NCBI RefSeq assembly: GCF_004010195.1
Contig: NC_057752.1
Span: 3,397,006 to 3,441,696 of the forward strand
Reading direction: 5' to 3'
DNA from: Chiloscyllium plagiosum
Taxonomy: Eukaryota
DNA length: 44,691 bases
Below, in pieces: positions 43,456 to 44,691 of the stretch. The notes under the pieces are model-generated. The model was given only the letters and a program-made list of their open reading frames with translations, ran no database searches and was not told the origin of the DNA. The translations under genes and the position numbers were made by a program. Numbering within the stretch: the first letter of the stretch is position 1; each line of letters starts with the position of its first letter.

Positions 43456-44015
43456 ATGTAAGTTGATAGGGTGGTAAAGAAGGCGTATGGCATGCTTGCC
43501 TTTATCAGTTGGAGTATTGAGTACAAGAGTCAGGATATCATGTTGCAGCTTTATAAGATTTTGGTTAGGCTGCACTTGAGTTTAATTCTGGTCGCCATGA
43601 CAGGAAGGATGTGAAGGCTTTGGAGAGGGTGCAGAAGAGGTTTACCAGGATGCCACCTGGATTAGAGAGTAAGAGCTATAAGGGGAGGCTAGAATAGCTC
43701 AGGTCGTTTCCTCTGGAGGGGAGACGATAAAATTATGAGATACATTGATAGGGCTGCCGGTCAGAATCTTTTTCCCCCCCAGAGTTGAAATGTCTAATTA
43801 TAGGGGATATGCATTTAAGGTGAGAGGGGGAAAACTCAAAGGAGATATATGCGGCACGTTTTTTATACAGAGAGTGGTCAGAGTGTGGAACGTGCTGCCA
43901 GGGGTGGTGGTGGGGACAGATACTATTGGGGCGTTTATGTGGCTTTTATATAAGCGCATGAAAATGCAAGGAATGCAGGGATATGGAGAAAGGGCAGGGA
44001 GAAGGGATGAGTCAA
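43455..44015 (+). mobile_element. CR1 LINE 3' region, cut by the insertion at 44020
   Basis: gtaaagaaggcgtatggcatgcttgcctttatcag...; ORF 43745-44029 RGYAFKVRGGKLKGD..GTFFIQRVVRVWNVLP. Confidence 0.88.
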
Positions 44016-44019
44016 AGGA

Positions 44020-44691
44020 TTCTGGGTAATCCAAGATGGAGGACGGAAAAAATTTCTGGCTGTAAGAGCTGCTCCTTTTTTTGAGGTATTTTAGGTGTTG
44101 GAGGTGATTTCCTCGAATTCCAGGAGCAGCAATTACTGTTTTATATGCTGTTGCATTGTTTTGGAACTTTGGAAAAAAAAGTCAAACCAACAGCAGATTA
44201 AAAGGGAGAAGAGCAGACAAAGGAAGCACATGGTGAGGACAGTGCAGGAGAGAGAGCGAGAGAGCGAGAGCACGCGCCTGCACAGTTACCGCCTTTGCTG
44301 TTTGAATTAGTGTACATCGGAGTGCATCTGGGAAAATTAACAAACAGTGAAATTCACAACTAATCTTGGAGGAACTGTTGGGCGAAGTTCACAGCACAGA
44401 ATCAGATAAGTTAATTGTTGTTTTAAGTCTGTCCAAGAGAAAGGCTGCAGTAGTGAGTATAGTGGATTCTTTCTTGATTATATGTTTTTGGAGATAAGTC
44501 TCTTGATTAAACTTAAAATATAAACCATAGCTATTAATTTAACCTGGGGCACTGTTTGTAGAGGAATAAGATGGTGTTATTTTCTGGGTCTGTAGATTGT
44601 GAAGGAGCAAAAATGACCTTTGCAGTGATATGTACTTCTTGTCAGATATGGGAGTTTAAAGAGAGTTTAAGGGTTACTGCAGATTATATCT
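44020..44691 (+). mobile_element. 5' end (5'UTR plus ORF1 start) of a potentially full-length CR1 LINE running off the window
   Basis: Starts ttctgggtaatccaagatgg, the same terminus as the element ending at 36125; about 590-bp UTR followed by an ORF with CxxCxxWE. Confidence 0.8.
44613..44691 (+). CDS. CR1 ORF1p N-terminal zinc-finger start (partial, runs off window)
   Basis: MTFAVICTSCQIWEFKESLRVTADYI..., fitting the C-x2-C-x-x-W-E ... D(Y/F)xC-x2-C N-terminus I recall for fish/shark CR1 ORF1. Confidence 0.7.
   Translation, partial: MTFAVICTSCQIWEFKESLRVTADYI

Overview
Eukaryotic, repeat-dominated non-coding DNA from an elasmobranch (shark/ray). Many HE1-type V-SINEs and CR1/HER1-type LINE 3' ends support this; a carpet/bamboo-shark origin is my guess, not something shown here. 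Most of the window is nested retroelement debris: CR1/HER1, a Zenon-like CR1-group LINE and a tRNA-derived SINE sharing its tail, Rex1/Babar, L2, RTE/BovB-like and Penelope-like (PLE) pieces. It also holds TE-derived minisatellites and a (TG)n-rich satellite around a 91-N gap. No host gene can be named; a few candidate exons are weak guesses. Essentially all listed ORFs are LINE fragments or artefacts. Best observations: (i) hammerhead-ribozyme motifs in several PLE remnants, one complete minimal type I fold (12810-12851, minus strand) and one in a 96-bp-arm palindrome with a target-site duplication; (ii) a 554-bp element made only of a CR1 5'UTR fused to a CR1 3' end (35574-36127), with a matching full 5' end plus ORF1 start at 44020-44691 and a related junction near 20.8 kb, suggesting a non-autonomous bipartite CR1 family; (iii) repeated birth of 43-53-bp minisatellites from internal TE segments. 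TE boundaries are by eye and approximate (about 10-20 bp); family names come from recalled motifs, not database searches.
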